From positions 64,001-128,000 of IMG/VR virus record IMGVR_UViG_3300031414_000001: DNA of 64,000 nucleotides, one strand, 5' to 3'. Positions 33,149-42,048 of this stretch are shown here, piece by piece (the first letter of the stretch is position 1; each line of letters starts with the position of its first letter). The notes under the pieces are model-generated. The model was given only the letters and a program-made list of their open reading frames with translations, had not been told where the DNA came from and did not search any database. Position numbers and translations under genes: made by a program. Origin of the DNA: a virus. Taxonomy: Duplodnaviria; Heunggongvirae; Uroviricota; Caudoviricetes.

Positions 33149-34273
33149 TTAACGTTTTTTATCCATTCCTGACAATTTAGTGATTTCATTTAGGAAATCT
33201 AAATCGTCTGAATCGAGTTCAGCGTTTTTAATGAAATTACTTTCACGGTTTCCGGTAACAACTTTACCTTCCGTTAAAGCATTTTTAGCCTTTGTATTAA
33301 CTGCTGGACGGCTAGGATTAGCAGCAGATTCATTTACAGTACCCTTCAGTACAGACTTGTGGTACTTGCTGAAATCATCTTTTAGCTTCTCGGTAGGAGT
33401 AGCAGCTAGTAGAGATTCCATAATTTGTTTTTGTTGATTAGTAAGAGGCTTAGTTAGTTCAGAGATGATAGCAGAGCGAGCCTGCGTATCTTCCATTACA
33501 CGAACTTTACGTTTAGCAGCTAAAGCTTCATCTCTTGCTTCTTTTAGAGCAAGTTTAGCAGCGATTGCTTCTTCTTCAGCTTCTTTAACTGACTCATTCA
33601 ACTCACGCAAAATAGAACTTTCGTTATATTGTTTTGAGTAGAACTCATTAGCAAATGCTTCAAAGATCTTACGACCAAACATGTTTTGTTTAGCTTCAAC
33701 TAGTTCACCTTTAAGAGCTTGTAGGTTCTTAGCGGTAGTTTCGGTAATATAGGATGCAGCGGATTCCGCAGTACGCTTAATGAAGTTCTCACGAGCTTCA
33801 GCGATTTGCTTAGAACCTTCAGCAATTAGTTTTACACGAGATTCGACTAATTGACGTTTTTCATCATGGAAGTCTTTAAGTTCTTCAGCCATAATATGGT
33901 TACTGAATTGCATGAACTTGCCAAGGCTTTCATTGATGTGTTTGCGTTCTTTACGCATTGATTTAACTTCTTCAGCTAGTACTGTGTTAGCGAAATCTGA
34001 GAAATTACCTAGTGTTTTACGTAGCTTAACACGGTCTTCAACTAGCTTACGCTTTTCAGCATAAACATCTGCCATTTGTTCGCTGATTACTTCAGCCATC
34101 ATTTGGTCTAGACCTTCAGTTAGTTTTGCTAAGTCTTCTTGGTAACGTTCTTTCATTTCTTCACGCATTTCAGCAGCTACATTAGCTTTTTCTTCATTCC
34201 ATGCTTCCTGAATTAGCTTTTTAGCTTCGTCAGAAAGAGATGATTCGTTTAGAAACTTATCCAATTTTGACAT
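33149..34273 (-). CDS. gp22: Prohead scaffolding/core protein (gp22-like)
   Basis: Coiled-coil, many xNES sites, between protease and capsid genes; TATAAATA at 34327-34334. Confidence 0.85.
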   Translation of the reverse strand: MSKLDKFLNESSLSDEAKKLIQEAWNEEKANVAAEMREEMKERYQEDLAKLTEGLDQMMAEVISEQMADVYAEKRKLVEDRVKLRKTLGNFSDFANTVLAEEVKSMRKERKHINESLGKFMQFSNHIMAEELKDFHDEKRQLVESRVKLIAEGSKQIAEARENFIKRTAESAASYITETTAKNLQALKGELVEAKQNMFGRKIFEAFANEFYSKQYNESSILRELNESVKEAEEEAIAAKLALKEARDEALAAKRKVRVMEDTQARSAIISELTKPLTNQQKQIMESLLAATPTEKLKDDFSKYHKSVLKGTVNESAANPSRPAVNTKAKNALTEGKVVTGNRESNFIKNAELDSDDLDFLNEITKLSGMDKKR

Positions 34274-34345
34274 TCGTTTTCTCCTTTAAAGTACTGAGAT
34301 AATATCTTGTACTCTTGATGTACAGATATTTATAAATTTATTTTA

Positions 34346-34978
34346 TTAAGCTTTTAAATTCTTAAAAAATTGATGAATTTCATCATCAATCGAGTTATTA
34401 CGACCTTTTTGTGACTCAAATACACGATTTGTGCCAGCTACAGGTGCTCCGTACTTACTATTCAGAGATTCGAATACCGCTTTTGGATACGCATCTGGAG
34501 CACTTGGTTGTGCTACAATATCAATAGTTACGATTTCGAAATCAGATACAATACCGTTATGGTCAACGTTACCTGAACCACGAGAACTTACACCAAGCTT
34601 TACACCACTTTCAATCATAGTACGAATATCCTTACCATGAGTAGTATCAAGCAACATAATGGTAGCCATACCATTTGGGCCTTCCATCCAAACCTGAGTA
34701 ATCATTCCAACTACACGGTCTAAATTTACAGTTAAAGTTTCAGGGTGGTCACATTCACAAAGAATGCTTTCACCACGTGCGATACGTTCTGCCATATTCT
34801 TAACAGCATTCGCAATTTCAGCGAATGGATATACACGTTCATTTAAGTTACGTTGATCTGCTTGAATTGCTATCCCTTTAAGATAGCAATTCTTACGACC
34901 AGTCATCTGATCTTCTTTGTACTCTAAAACTATTTTAGAATCATTGAATGAAGACCATTCACGAATCATATTACTCAT
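34346..34978 (-). CDS. gp21: Prohead protease (gp21-like)
   Basis: NLNERVYP, ECDHP, GVSSRGSG, DIVAQPSAPDA. Confidence 0.95.
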   Translation of the reverse strand: MSNMIREWSSFNDSKIVLEYKEDQMTGRKNCYLKGIAIQADQRNLNERVYPFAEIANAVKNMAERIARGESILCECDHPETLTVNLDRVVGMITQVWMEGPNGMATIMLLDTTHGKDIRTMIESGVKLGVSSRGSGNVDHNGIVSDFEIVTIDIVAQPSAPDAYPKAVFESLNSKYGAPVAGTNRVFESQKGRNNSIDDEIHQFFKNLKA

Positions 34979-34998
34979 TTATGATCTTCCTTCTCTAA

Positions 34999-35844
34999 TT
35001 ATTTTTGTTTTGGTAGTACTGATTTAGATTTTTCAGCAGTGTTGGTTGGAGTTTTAGCAGGTTTCATAACGTGTTTACCGTTATCCATCACGTTGTTATT
35101 ATCTTCAACTTTAACGCTCATAGCATCTGAGTTTTCGAATTTGTCATCAGTCGCATCTACAGTACCATCTTTGATAGTAACTGGTTTAACGCCGTCTACT
35201 GGAGACTTAGCATTTTTAGCAACTACAGACTTCTTGTTAACGCCAGCTTTTTCTGATTTCTCAGGAGCAGCAACAGATTTCATCTGGAAAGATTCACCCA
35301 TTTTTTCGTCACCGAAATCAACGTCACCAAATTCGCCTTCGTCGCCTTCACCTTCATCGGAGAACTCGTCGTCACCAAAATCAGCATCGCCACCTTCGAT
35401 TTCATCGAACATACGTTCTAGAGCATCGAAAGCATCTTTGATTTCTTCCCATTGGTCAGCATCAGGTGCAGCACCGCCAGCAGCAGGTTCATCATCACCA
35501 CCGAAGTCGTCACCAGCAGGTTCTTCGTCTTCTTCAGCTAGACCAGAAGCAGAACCGCCACCAATGTTTACTGCGTTTCCGCTAACATCAGCACCGAACA
35601 TACCTTCTTCAAGGTCTTCTTCTTCATTTAGTTTATAACCAACGTCTTCTTCCATGTCGTCTGCTTCACCAGTGTCAACATCTTCACACATTTCTTCTTC
35701 TTCAGAATCCATTTCTTCAGAAAGTTTTTTATTAATTTCTTGTGCGGTTTCAACAAAGTACTTACGCATCTTACGGTCAGCTACTTCACTGTCGCCATTC
35801 GCAAAAGCTTGGATAGCTTCTTGCAATAGTTTAATATTTGCCAT
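34999..35844 (-). CDS. Acidic prohead core protein (gp67/gp68-like position)
   Basis: Extremely D/E-rich, multiple LxE sites, GGAGG SD, TATAAATA at 35889-35896. Confidence 0.7.
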   Translation of the reverse strand: MANIKLLQEAIQAFANGDSEVADRKMRKYFVETAQEINKKLSEEMDSEEEEMCEDVDTGEADDMEEDVGYKLNEEEDLEEGMFGADVSGNAVNIGGGSASGLAEEDEEPAGDDFGGDDEPAAGGAAPDADQWEEIKDAFDALERMFDEIEGGDADFGDDEFSDEGEGDEGEFGDVDFGDEKMGESFQMKSVAAPEKSEKAGVNKKSVVAKNAKSPVDGVKPVTIKDGTVDATDDKFENSDAMSVKVEDNNNVMDNGKHVMKPAKTPTNTAEKSKSVLPKQK

Positions 35845-35951
35845 TATATCCTCCAAAAGATATACAAAAATTTATTTTGGTATGTCCTTATTTATAGCCT
35901 TAAAAAATACCATTTTCAAAAAAGCTTAAAAACGGTACTTTTTGCCATAAA

Positions 35952-36185
35952 TTACATCATCCCACCACCAGATTGATCATCAGAAGGTGCAGCGGCATAA
36001 ACCACTGCTACCACTGCGTCACGTTTAGCAGCTTCGTTCTTTTTAAATTCCCTGTACTTTCTCAAGTTGTTGAGAATTTGTAATGTCAATTTAGGTTTAC
36101 GAGTATCGGTAATTTTATATACGGTCTGATCATCTTCAGGGTCGTACATAGAATCATCTTTAGCTTCAAAAATTTCGTCCAACAT
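35952..36185 (-). CDS. Small head-cluster protein, 77 aa
   Basis: Late box at 36234-36239; between portal and core genes. Confidence 0.75.
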   Translation of the reverse strand: MLDEIFEAKDDSMYDPEDDQTVYKITDTRKPKLTLQILNNLRKYREFKKNEAAKRDAVVAVVYAAAPSDDQSGGGMM

Positions 36186-36245
36186 AACCTATATCCTTAA
36201 TTATTTTAATCGTTCATATGAACGAATCATAACTATTTATTACTG

Positions 36246-37982
36246 TTAAAATGAATTGCCTAAACTATTTGGGTCAAATCCACCATCTGCTTGAGAATCT
36301 TGATATTCAGAATCAGCACTATCTAAGTTACCTTCATCATCAATACCTAAATCTTGTTCAGGATCATTTGGTGATTCAATACCAACTGATTGTAATCCTG
36401 CCGAAGCACCAGGAGCATCTGGACCACCAGAAGCAGCAGCTTCAGGGTTTTCTTGTAGCCATAGTTTTTCATTCTCAACAATATCATCTTGCTCAAAGCC
36501 CATTTTCTTCATAATGAACTGTTTAGAGAAGTACTTGAGATCATTCAAAGGCATATATGTTTGAATCAATTTAGCATCCATTTCTGCTTTACGGTTCGCC
36601 GCAAAGTTCATTGGTGGGTTAAATGTAACTTCAAAGGAAGATGCACTGATGTTATATCCATTTTTTAGCATATAACGTTTGAATTCGTCATCGAAAATTC
36701 TAGAAATAATACGTTGATAACGCATACATTCGTTATTAAAACGCAATTCACTAGCCATCGCTTGAGTAGCACCATCACCGAACAAAGCAACACCACCATC
36801 ATCTGGACCCATAGGTAGATATGACGCTGGAATCTGTAGACCACGAATCAATTTGTTATTGAAGTAACGTAAGTCATCAATTTGTCCTAGATTATCACCA
36901 CCAGGTAAAGTTTCTACTGAAGAACCACGCCCTTCCGCTGTTTGAGGGAAGAAATAGTCTTCAAGAATACTTAGTGGATTATATGCTGCATCCATTAATG
37001 AAGTACTACCACCTTTATTGGATGGAATACGTCTTTGGTGAATGTCATTCTTAACTCTTTCAACAAATGCCATTGCCTGATGCGGTTGCATATCACCAAC
37101 GTCTATTTTAAAGACGCGACGTTCAGGAGCACGTTGAACACGATATATAATAATACTATCTTCTAGAAGTTCTTTTTGTTTGTATACTTTGAAAATGTTT
37201 TCAAGAATACTAGTACCGAAAGGCCAGAAAGGATCTTGTCCGGTATTTAGTGATAAGTGAATTACGTGTTCTGCCGCAACTGGAAGAACATCTAACTGTC
37301 CACCAGTACCGAATTGTCCTGAACTATCAGAACCAGACCCGCCAGCACTACCAATTGAACCATATTGGTTTCCAGAACTCGCTAAAGAGTTCGGTAAGGT
37401 TCCTGGATACGCTTGTTTATCAAAGCCTATTTGTAAATTACTCATTACTTTGTCGTGTAAGTTCAAATGAACATCACGCATAAAGTAAACGATTGGTGTT
37501 TTACCAGTTGCATTGTTTACCAGTACTTTATCAACGTTCATTGGGTTTACCCAATACCAAACGAAGGTTTCTGGATCACGAATGAAGAACTGATCACCGT
37601 ATTTTAGAATTCCACGAATAATATCGTAGATTCTCATTTTGAATTCGTTTAAATCCGACCAAGATTCAAGGCGATCTTCTAAAGTAGTAACTTCAGTGTC
37701 GCCCATTGTGTCTTTATACTGAATTTGGAATGGTAGACCGAAATCTTTAGTACTTTGAGTACAGAAATCCGCAATAATGTTTAAAGCGGTTCGAATTTCA
37801 GGGTCTTGATCCATTTGATCGTATTGACGATAACGGTCAACACGGTTTGATAGGCCAGTATATACAGCAGGTAGGTAAGAAGAAAAATTCGTCTTAGACC
37901 CACCTGGCTGAGTCATAGCATTTTGTTGTGGAACGGTCGATAATTTAGATCGTCCAAGTGTCATATGTCGTTGCCAACTCAT
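36246..37982 (-). CDS. gp20: Portal protein (gp20-like)
   Basis: LEDSIIIYRVQRAPERRVFKIDVG, EDYFFP, VETLPGG.NLG.IDD.RYF. Confidence 0.97.
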   Translation of the reverse strand: MSWQRHMTLGRSKLSTVPQQNAMTQPGGSKTNFSSYLPAVYTGLSNRVDRYRQYDQMDQDPEIRTALNIIADFCTQSTKDFGLPFQIQYKDTMGDTEVTTLEDRLESWSDLNEFKMRIYDIIRGILKYGDQFFIRDPETFVWYWVNPMNVDKVLVNNATGKTPIVYFMRDVHLNLHDKVMSNLQIGFDKQAYPGTLPNSLASSGNQYGSIGSAGGSGSDSSGQFGTGGQLDVLPVAAEHVIHLSLNTGQDPFWPFGTSILENIFKVYKQKELLEDSIIIYRVQRAPERRVFKIDVGDMQPHQAMAFVERVKNDIHQRRIPSNKGGSTSLMDAAYNPLSILEDYFFPQTAEGRGSSVETLPGGDNLGQIDDLRYFNNKLIRGLQIPASYLPMGPDDGGVALFGDGATQAMASELRFNNECMRYQRIISRIFDDEFKRYMLKNGYNISASSFEVTFNPPMNFAANRKAEMDAKLIQTYMPLNDLKYFSKQFIMKKMGFEQDDIVENEKLWLQENPEAAASGGPDAPGASAGLQSVGIESPNDPEQDLGIDDEGNLDSADSEYQDSQADGGFDPNSLGNSF

Positions 37983-37999
37983 ATTTTATATAACTCCAT

Positions 38000-40165
38000 T
38001 TATACATTTCGCGGTGGTTCAGTATTTTCAGCAATCTGACGCAAAATAAGAGCAGTTTGACTAGCATTCGAATTTTGTGATTGTATACTATTTAGTATCT
38101 CATTTAATACCTTATTCATGTCTTCTTGACCGTTCGAAGCAGTTTGTTGCTCGGTAATTGGTGAAGATTGGTCAGCTTGTTCTACCTTGACAGGTTTAGT
38201 TATTTCAGTTTTTGCTGTTACAGTCTGATTTCCTACGTTTGTTGGTTGTGATGCTGTTGGGGGTGCTGCTGGTGAAGGTTTTGGTGGTTCAGTTTTGGTT
38301 TCTTCTGGTTCTTCAGAATTATTCCACCATCCCTTTACTCTATCCCACATACTAGACAACTTACTTTTTAATGAATTGAAAGCATCTAAGAATTTAGTTT
38401 TCACATCATCCAAATTAATACTCAGATTTCCTATATTAGTGAACACACCAACAACATCAGAGAAAATTTTCTTGATTGAACCCATAAGTTCTTTGCCTGC
38501 TTGGTCAATTTCACCTTCTGAACCAGTAAACATTTCCCAAATCAGTTTACCAATGCGAATTGGTATCTGAACTAAGTCTCCACCCAAATTTGTGAAAGCA
38601 TCAGATACACCTTGCCACGAATCACCAAATATCATTCCCATTAATTTACCAGGTAATGATGCTAACATTCCAAATGGACCGATTAAACCTGAATTAAATT
38701 TTGAAAAAGCATCAGATGTTAATTTAGACATGAAATCCCAAGCATCAGTACTGTTATCTGCCAAATCAGTTAGGTATTTTGCTGCATCTTCAGCAGTTTT
38801 AGCATAAAACATGTTGAATGGTTCTGTAAATGTCTTACCAATCCAGTTATTGAATCGCTGAGTCATATTTTCGAACAATGGTGTTGGGTTATTTTTTGGA
38901 TCATTAAGTAATTGGTCTTGAGTTTTCAATTGTTTCAAGAATGCTTCAGCAGCGGAATTTTTTAGTAGTCTCTGATTACCAATTTCAGAGTCCAACATTC
39001 CTTTATGTTCTTCAATCCATTGATGTAGACGTTGCTTAGCTTCTCTACTATCAGTGATTCCAGCAGCTTGTAATGCTTCTACTTGTTGAGCATATAATTG
39101 TGTGAAGTTGTTATTGAATTCTTCAGGTAATGCCCCTTCAAACATCTTACTTGCCATAATTTTTTGAAGTGCTTCACCAGATTTACCCATACTAGCGTAA
39201 ACAGAGTTGAATGTTTTGTTTACTTGAGCAGCTTTATCATCACTAAAACCAAAACGGTTCTTCAATGCTTGTTCAGTTACTTCCGAATCTACAGTTTCAG
39301 ACATTCCATCAAAAGTTTTCAATAGGTCGTCAACACTCTTACCTACAGATTTACTTAGATAAGTCATTTGACCAACGAACTTTTCAGTACTTTGAGCCTC
39401 AGACATACTACGTAAACCTTGCTCACCAGCATACATCTTTTCAAATTTATAGTTCTTCGCAGTAATATCAGCTAATTGCTGTTGTGATACACCATAAAGA
39501 CCCATTTTGTCTTGAGCAAGTTGAACACTATTTAGTAATTTACCAAAGTGTTCTACACCATCACCGTATTGACCTTCCATCGCAGCCAATTCTTGGCTGT
39601 TACGTTTAATAGCACCGCTAAATTCATTAATACTTAAGAATGCTCCAGCAGCCCCTTTACGTACAGTCAACATACCATCAGATAATGTAAGACCAGCAGA
39701 GTTTAATTCATTATACATGTTTAATTGTTCGTTCATGTATTCATAAACTTGTCCAGCAACCTGTACTACTTGTAAGAAAGCAGTTGCTGCCATTCCAATT
39801 GGACCTGGAAGTTTACCTAATGAGTTTTGAAGTACTCTTGCTCCAGCAGTGAATGAACCTACTGTATTTTGAATAGATCCACTGTTTCCCAACATGGTTC
39901 TACCAATGTTTTGTGCCTCGCCGAATAAATCTTTAAACGCATTTTTCCATGCACCACCTGATCCACCTGAACCGCCTCCACCACCAGGGCCACCGCCGTT
40001 TCCAGAATCATTGTTACCACCAGAACCACCTGAACCAGAACCTTTATTTGTGTTCTTCTTAATATCAAGTAGTACTGTACGCATCGCACTTAAATTATCA
40101 TTCATAGCTACGCTTTGATCCAACAATTGCTGTTGGATATAGTCGTTGTTGCCAATGCCCGCCAT
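38000..40165 (-). CDS. Putative tape measure / baseplate hub protein (gp29-like)
   Basis: 721 aa, helical, amphipathic F/W-spaced repeats, Gly-rich linker; divergent from gp26/gp51-like genes. Confidence 0.6.
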   Translation of the reverse strand: MAGIGNNDYIQQQLLDQSVAMNDNLSAMRTVLLDIKKNTNKGSGSGGSGGNNDSGNGGGPGGGGGSGGSGGAWKNAFKDLFGEAQNIGRTMLGNSGSIQNTVGSFTAGARVLQNSLGKLPGPIGMAATAFLQVVQVAGQVYEYMNEQLNMYNELNSAGLTLSDGMLTVRKGAAGAFLSINEFSGAIKRNSQELAAMEGQYGDGVEHFGKLLNSVQLAQDKMGLYGVSQQQLADITAKNYKFEKMYAGEQGLRSMSEAQSTEKFVGQMTYLSKSVGKSVDDLLKTFDGMSETVDSEVTEQALKNRFGFSDDKAAQVNKTFNSVYASMGKSGEALQKIMASKMFEGALPEEFNNNFTQLYAQQVEALQAAGITDSREAKQRLHQWIEEHKGMLDSEIGNQRLLKNSAAEAFLKQLKTQDQLLNDPKNNPTPLFENMTQRFNNWIGKTFTEPFNMFYAKTAEDAAKYLTDLADNSTDAWDFMSKLTSDAFSKFNSGLIGPFGMLASLPGKLMGMIFGDSWQGVSDAFTNLGGDLVQIPIRIGKLIWEMFTGSEGEIDQAGKELMGSIKKIFSDVVGVFTNIGNLSINLDDVKTKFLDAFNSLKSKLSSMWDRVKGWWNNSEEPEETKTEPPKPSPAAPPTASQPTNVGNQTVTAKTEITKPVKVEQADQSSPITEQQTASNGQEDMNKVLNEILNSIQSQNSNASQTALILRQIAENTEPPRNV

Positions 40166-40176
40166 GTGATTTTCCT

Positions 40177-40216
40177 TATAAATATTGTATACAAATTCAT
40201 GTATAGTCGTATTTAT
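40177..40216. promoter_or_regulatory. Face-to-face pair of late promoters
   Basis: TATAAATA at 40177-40184 (+); ATAAATA at 40216-40210 (-). Confidence 0.65.
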
Positions 40217-40228
40217 TATGGAGTCAAT

Positions 40229-41083
40229 ATGAATAAGATGAACCCTTTATCCAAGTACACTAAAGTAGAAGTACTTTACACTAAACTTGTGAGTAATAAT
40301 GTTATTCCTTACCCATCTGGTGTTTTGAATAACGAAACTGTTGAATGCGGTATTTGTGCTCGTTCAGCACGTGATGAACTAATGTTCAACAATCCAGACG
40401 CATTGATTAATGGTGAAGCAGTTGCTAGTGTTATTGAAAACTGTGTTCCTAATATCGCTGATGCTCGTAAACTTTTTGTACCAGATGTAGAATTGCTACT
40501 TATTGGTATTAAAATCGCAACAAAAGAAACTTCATATAATATTGAAGTAGAATGTCCGAACTGTAATCATCATGGTGCGTTTGAACGTAACCTAGAAGCA
40601 CTACTAGCAAGTGCTGAATTACTAGAAGAACAACCTGAACTGCTACTTGAAGAAGTTGGTGGTTTACTATTGAAATTTAAGCCTCATACTTGGGCTGAAC
40701 ATTCTGATTTTAGTCAGAAGATGTTTATTGAACAAAAGAAAGCTCGTTCATTGGAACAAGTTGATTTGAGTGATGAAGAAAAGATGAAGCACTTCAGTGC
40801 TATTTTTGAAGTTATGACTCAATTGAGTTTTGATATGACAGTCGCTAATATCGACTATATTGAAACCGCTGATGGGGATAAAGTAAATGACCGTGCGTTT
40901 ATCGCAGAATGGTTAGGGCAACAGCCAGCATTTATTCTTCGTCAAATTCGTGACAAAGCTGATTTTATTAACAATACTGGTGTTAGTCATGAAATGGAAG
41001 TTGGATGTTCTGAATGTGGCCATGAATGGACACTAGAGAATCTACAATTTGATCCTAGCAGTTTTTTCGTACAAGGCTTCTAA
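40229..41083 (+). CDS. gp26: Baseplate hub assembly protein (T4 gp26-like; start MNKMNP)
   Basis: ARDE, DVELLLIGIK, two CxxC (CPNC, CSEC), terminal SSFF; GGAG SD. Confidence 0.8.
   Translation: MNKMNPLSKYTKVEVLYTKLVSNNVIPYPSGVLNNETVECGICARSARDELMFNNPDALINGEAVASVIENCVPNIADARKLFVPDVELLLIGIKIATKETSYNIEVECPNCNHHGAFERNLEALLASAELLEEQPELLLEEVGGLLLKFKPHTWAEHSDFSQKMFIEQKKARSLEQVDLSDEEKMKHFSAIFEVMTQLSFDMTVANIDYIETADGDKVNDRAFIAEWLGQQPAFILRQIRDKADFINNTGVSHEMEVGCSECGHEWTLENLQFDPSSFFVQGF
41062..41068 (+). promoter_or_regulatory. Candidate -1 ribosomal frameshift site T TTT TTC
   Basis: In-phase X XXY YYZ heptamer; -1 frame open into ORF 41083. Confidence 0.55.
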
Positions 41084-41280
41084 TGGCTGATGCTCAAGAG
41101 ACAATGCAAGAAATAGCTGACCTTCGTTTGAACTGTGAAGAAATTAAGAATGGGTTAATGGAGGTGTCTGTGTACATATCCAATACTAGCTATGAAATGC
41201 TCTTGAATATGCCTGTAACAGATCGTGACCTGATGGTGAAGCAATATAATAAAAAGGTCAAAAAAGAAAACAAACAATAA
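41083..41280 (+). CDS. gp51-like baseplate hub assembly protein / frameshift extension
   Basis: 65 aa, LLNMPVTDR resembles gp51 LExMxPxER; follows gp26-like gene. Confidence 0.6.
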   Translation: MADAQETMQEIADLRLNCEEIKNGLMEVSVYISNTSYEMLLNMPVTDRDLMVKQYNKKVKKENKQ

Positions 41281-41286
41281 AAAATT

Positions 41287-41312
41287 AACCAGCCTTAGTG
41301 CTGGTTTTTTTT
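41287..41312 (+). terminator. Rho-independent terminator
   Basis: AACCAGC-CTTAGT-GCTGGTT-T6. Confidence 0.85.
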
Positions 41313-41340
41313 GTGTCTGAATTTTCTGTACTGTTTGAGA

Positions 41341-41491
41341 TTTGCCATACTTCGTATGTCAAAGAATTTTCGTTGTTCTGTACTTGCTTCGCTGCGTACA
41401 GAACAACTCAATTCAGTTCTATTTGATACGTTTAACACGATTTATACTGACGAGATTTGGGGAGTTTATCATCCCCCGCAAGGGGAATGAT
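41341..41491. repeat. Cluster of intergenic hairpins (possible origin element)
   Basis: Inverted repeats at 41341-41363, 41372-41407 (perfect 12-bp stem) and 41468-41491. Confidence 0.7.
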
Positions 41492-41493
41492 GT

Positions 41494-41970
41494 AAAAAAA
41501 GTACTAATTAAAGTACTCAATTCTGACGATGATAGTCGTCGTTTAATTGTATCGTAAATTTCTATTTTTCAATAGAACGTAAGCGGGTTGATCTGTTTCT
41601 CACTATTACGGTCATATTCAACGGTCGAGGGCTTACCTCACTCAGTACTAAGTCTATACAATCAAACTCAGCACCTATTCTTCTGGAATTTTAGACGGAT
41701 CAATATTGTATAAAATATGACCGCAAAATTCTTCTTCAGAAAAATTCCCTTAGCTATTTGGTAGGGGCGATTCCTATATATCTATCGAGGAAGTTCTATC
41801 AGCTTAGTGAACTTCTTTATAGTGCCGTATTGCCGTGGGTGGTACAAACTATGCCATCTCCTAACGGGTTTCTTCTGCACTGCGAACTGCTTGAACTTCT
41901 CATTGTGCCAATTACTTTTCATCGGCGACTGTTTATTTGTCTACGCTCACGCATAGTCAAGCAGGGTTGT
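41494..41970 (-). ncRNA. Putative structured non-coding RNA of about 480 nt, family unknown
   Basis: Consensus promoter at 41977-42005 with no credible CDS downstream, terminator at 41518-41494, nested helices with G-U pairs and GNRA loops on this strand. Confidence 0.6.
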
Positions 41971-41976
41971 CCTATC

Positions 41977-42020
41977 ATTATACCAGATTTTTTTAGTTCG
42001 TTCCACGATAATTGTAAATA
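41977..42020. promoter_or_regulatory. Back-to-back pre-replicative (-) and late (+) promoters
   Basis: TGGAA-CG-N13-TGG-TATAAT at 41977-42005 (-); TAAATA at 42015-42020 (+). Confidence 0.75.
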
Positions 42021-42048
42021 CTGTAGAAGAACTTTTTGAGGAACTATA

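Noticed and set aside
35039-35929. Long antisense ORFs over the acidic core gene, and similar shadow ORFs elsewhere (e.g. 15102-15509, 32836-33138, 38295-38807)
   Set aside because: Expected by-product of biased codon usage in the real gene; no SD or promoter
39950-40045. GGT/TCA-type repeats in the tape-measure-like gene
   Set aside because: They encode a Gly/Ser linker; not a DNA-level repeat array
41589-41702. Possible plus-strand pairing TGATCTGTTT/AGACGGATCA suggesting a plus-strand RNA
   Set aside because: A plus-strand terminator lies upstream (41287), no plus promoter was seen, and more helices and GNRA loops favour the minus strand; strand still needs experimental confirmation
41787-41815. 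GAGGAAGTTC resembling the RNase P RNA conserved region I
   Set aside because: It is on the strand opposite the promoter, pairs locally with GAACTTC, and no matching region V was seen
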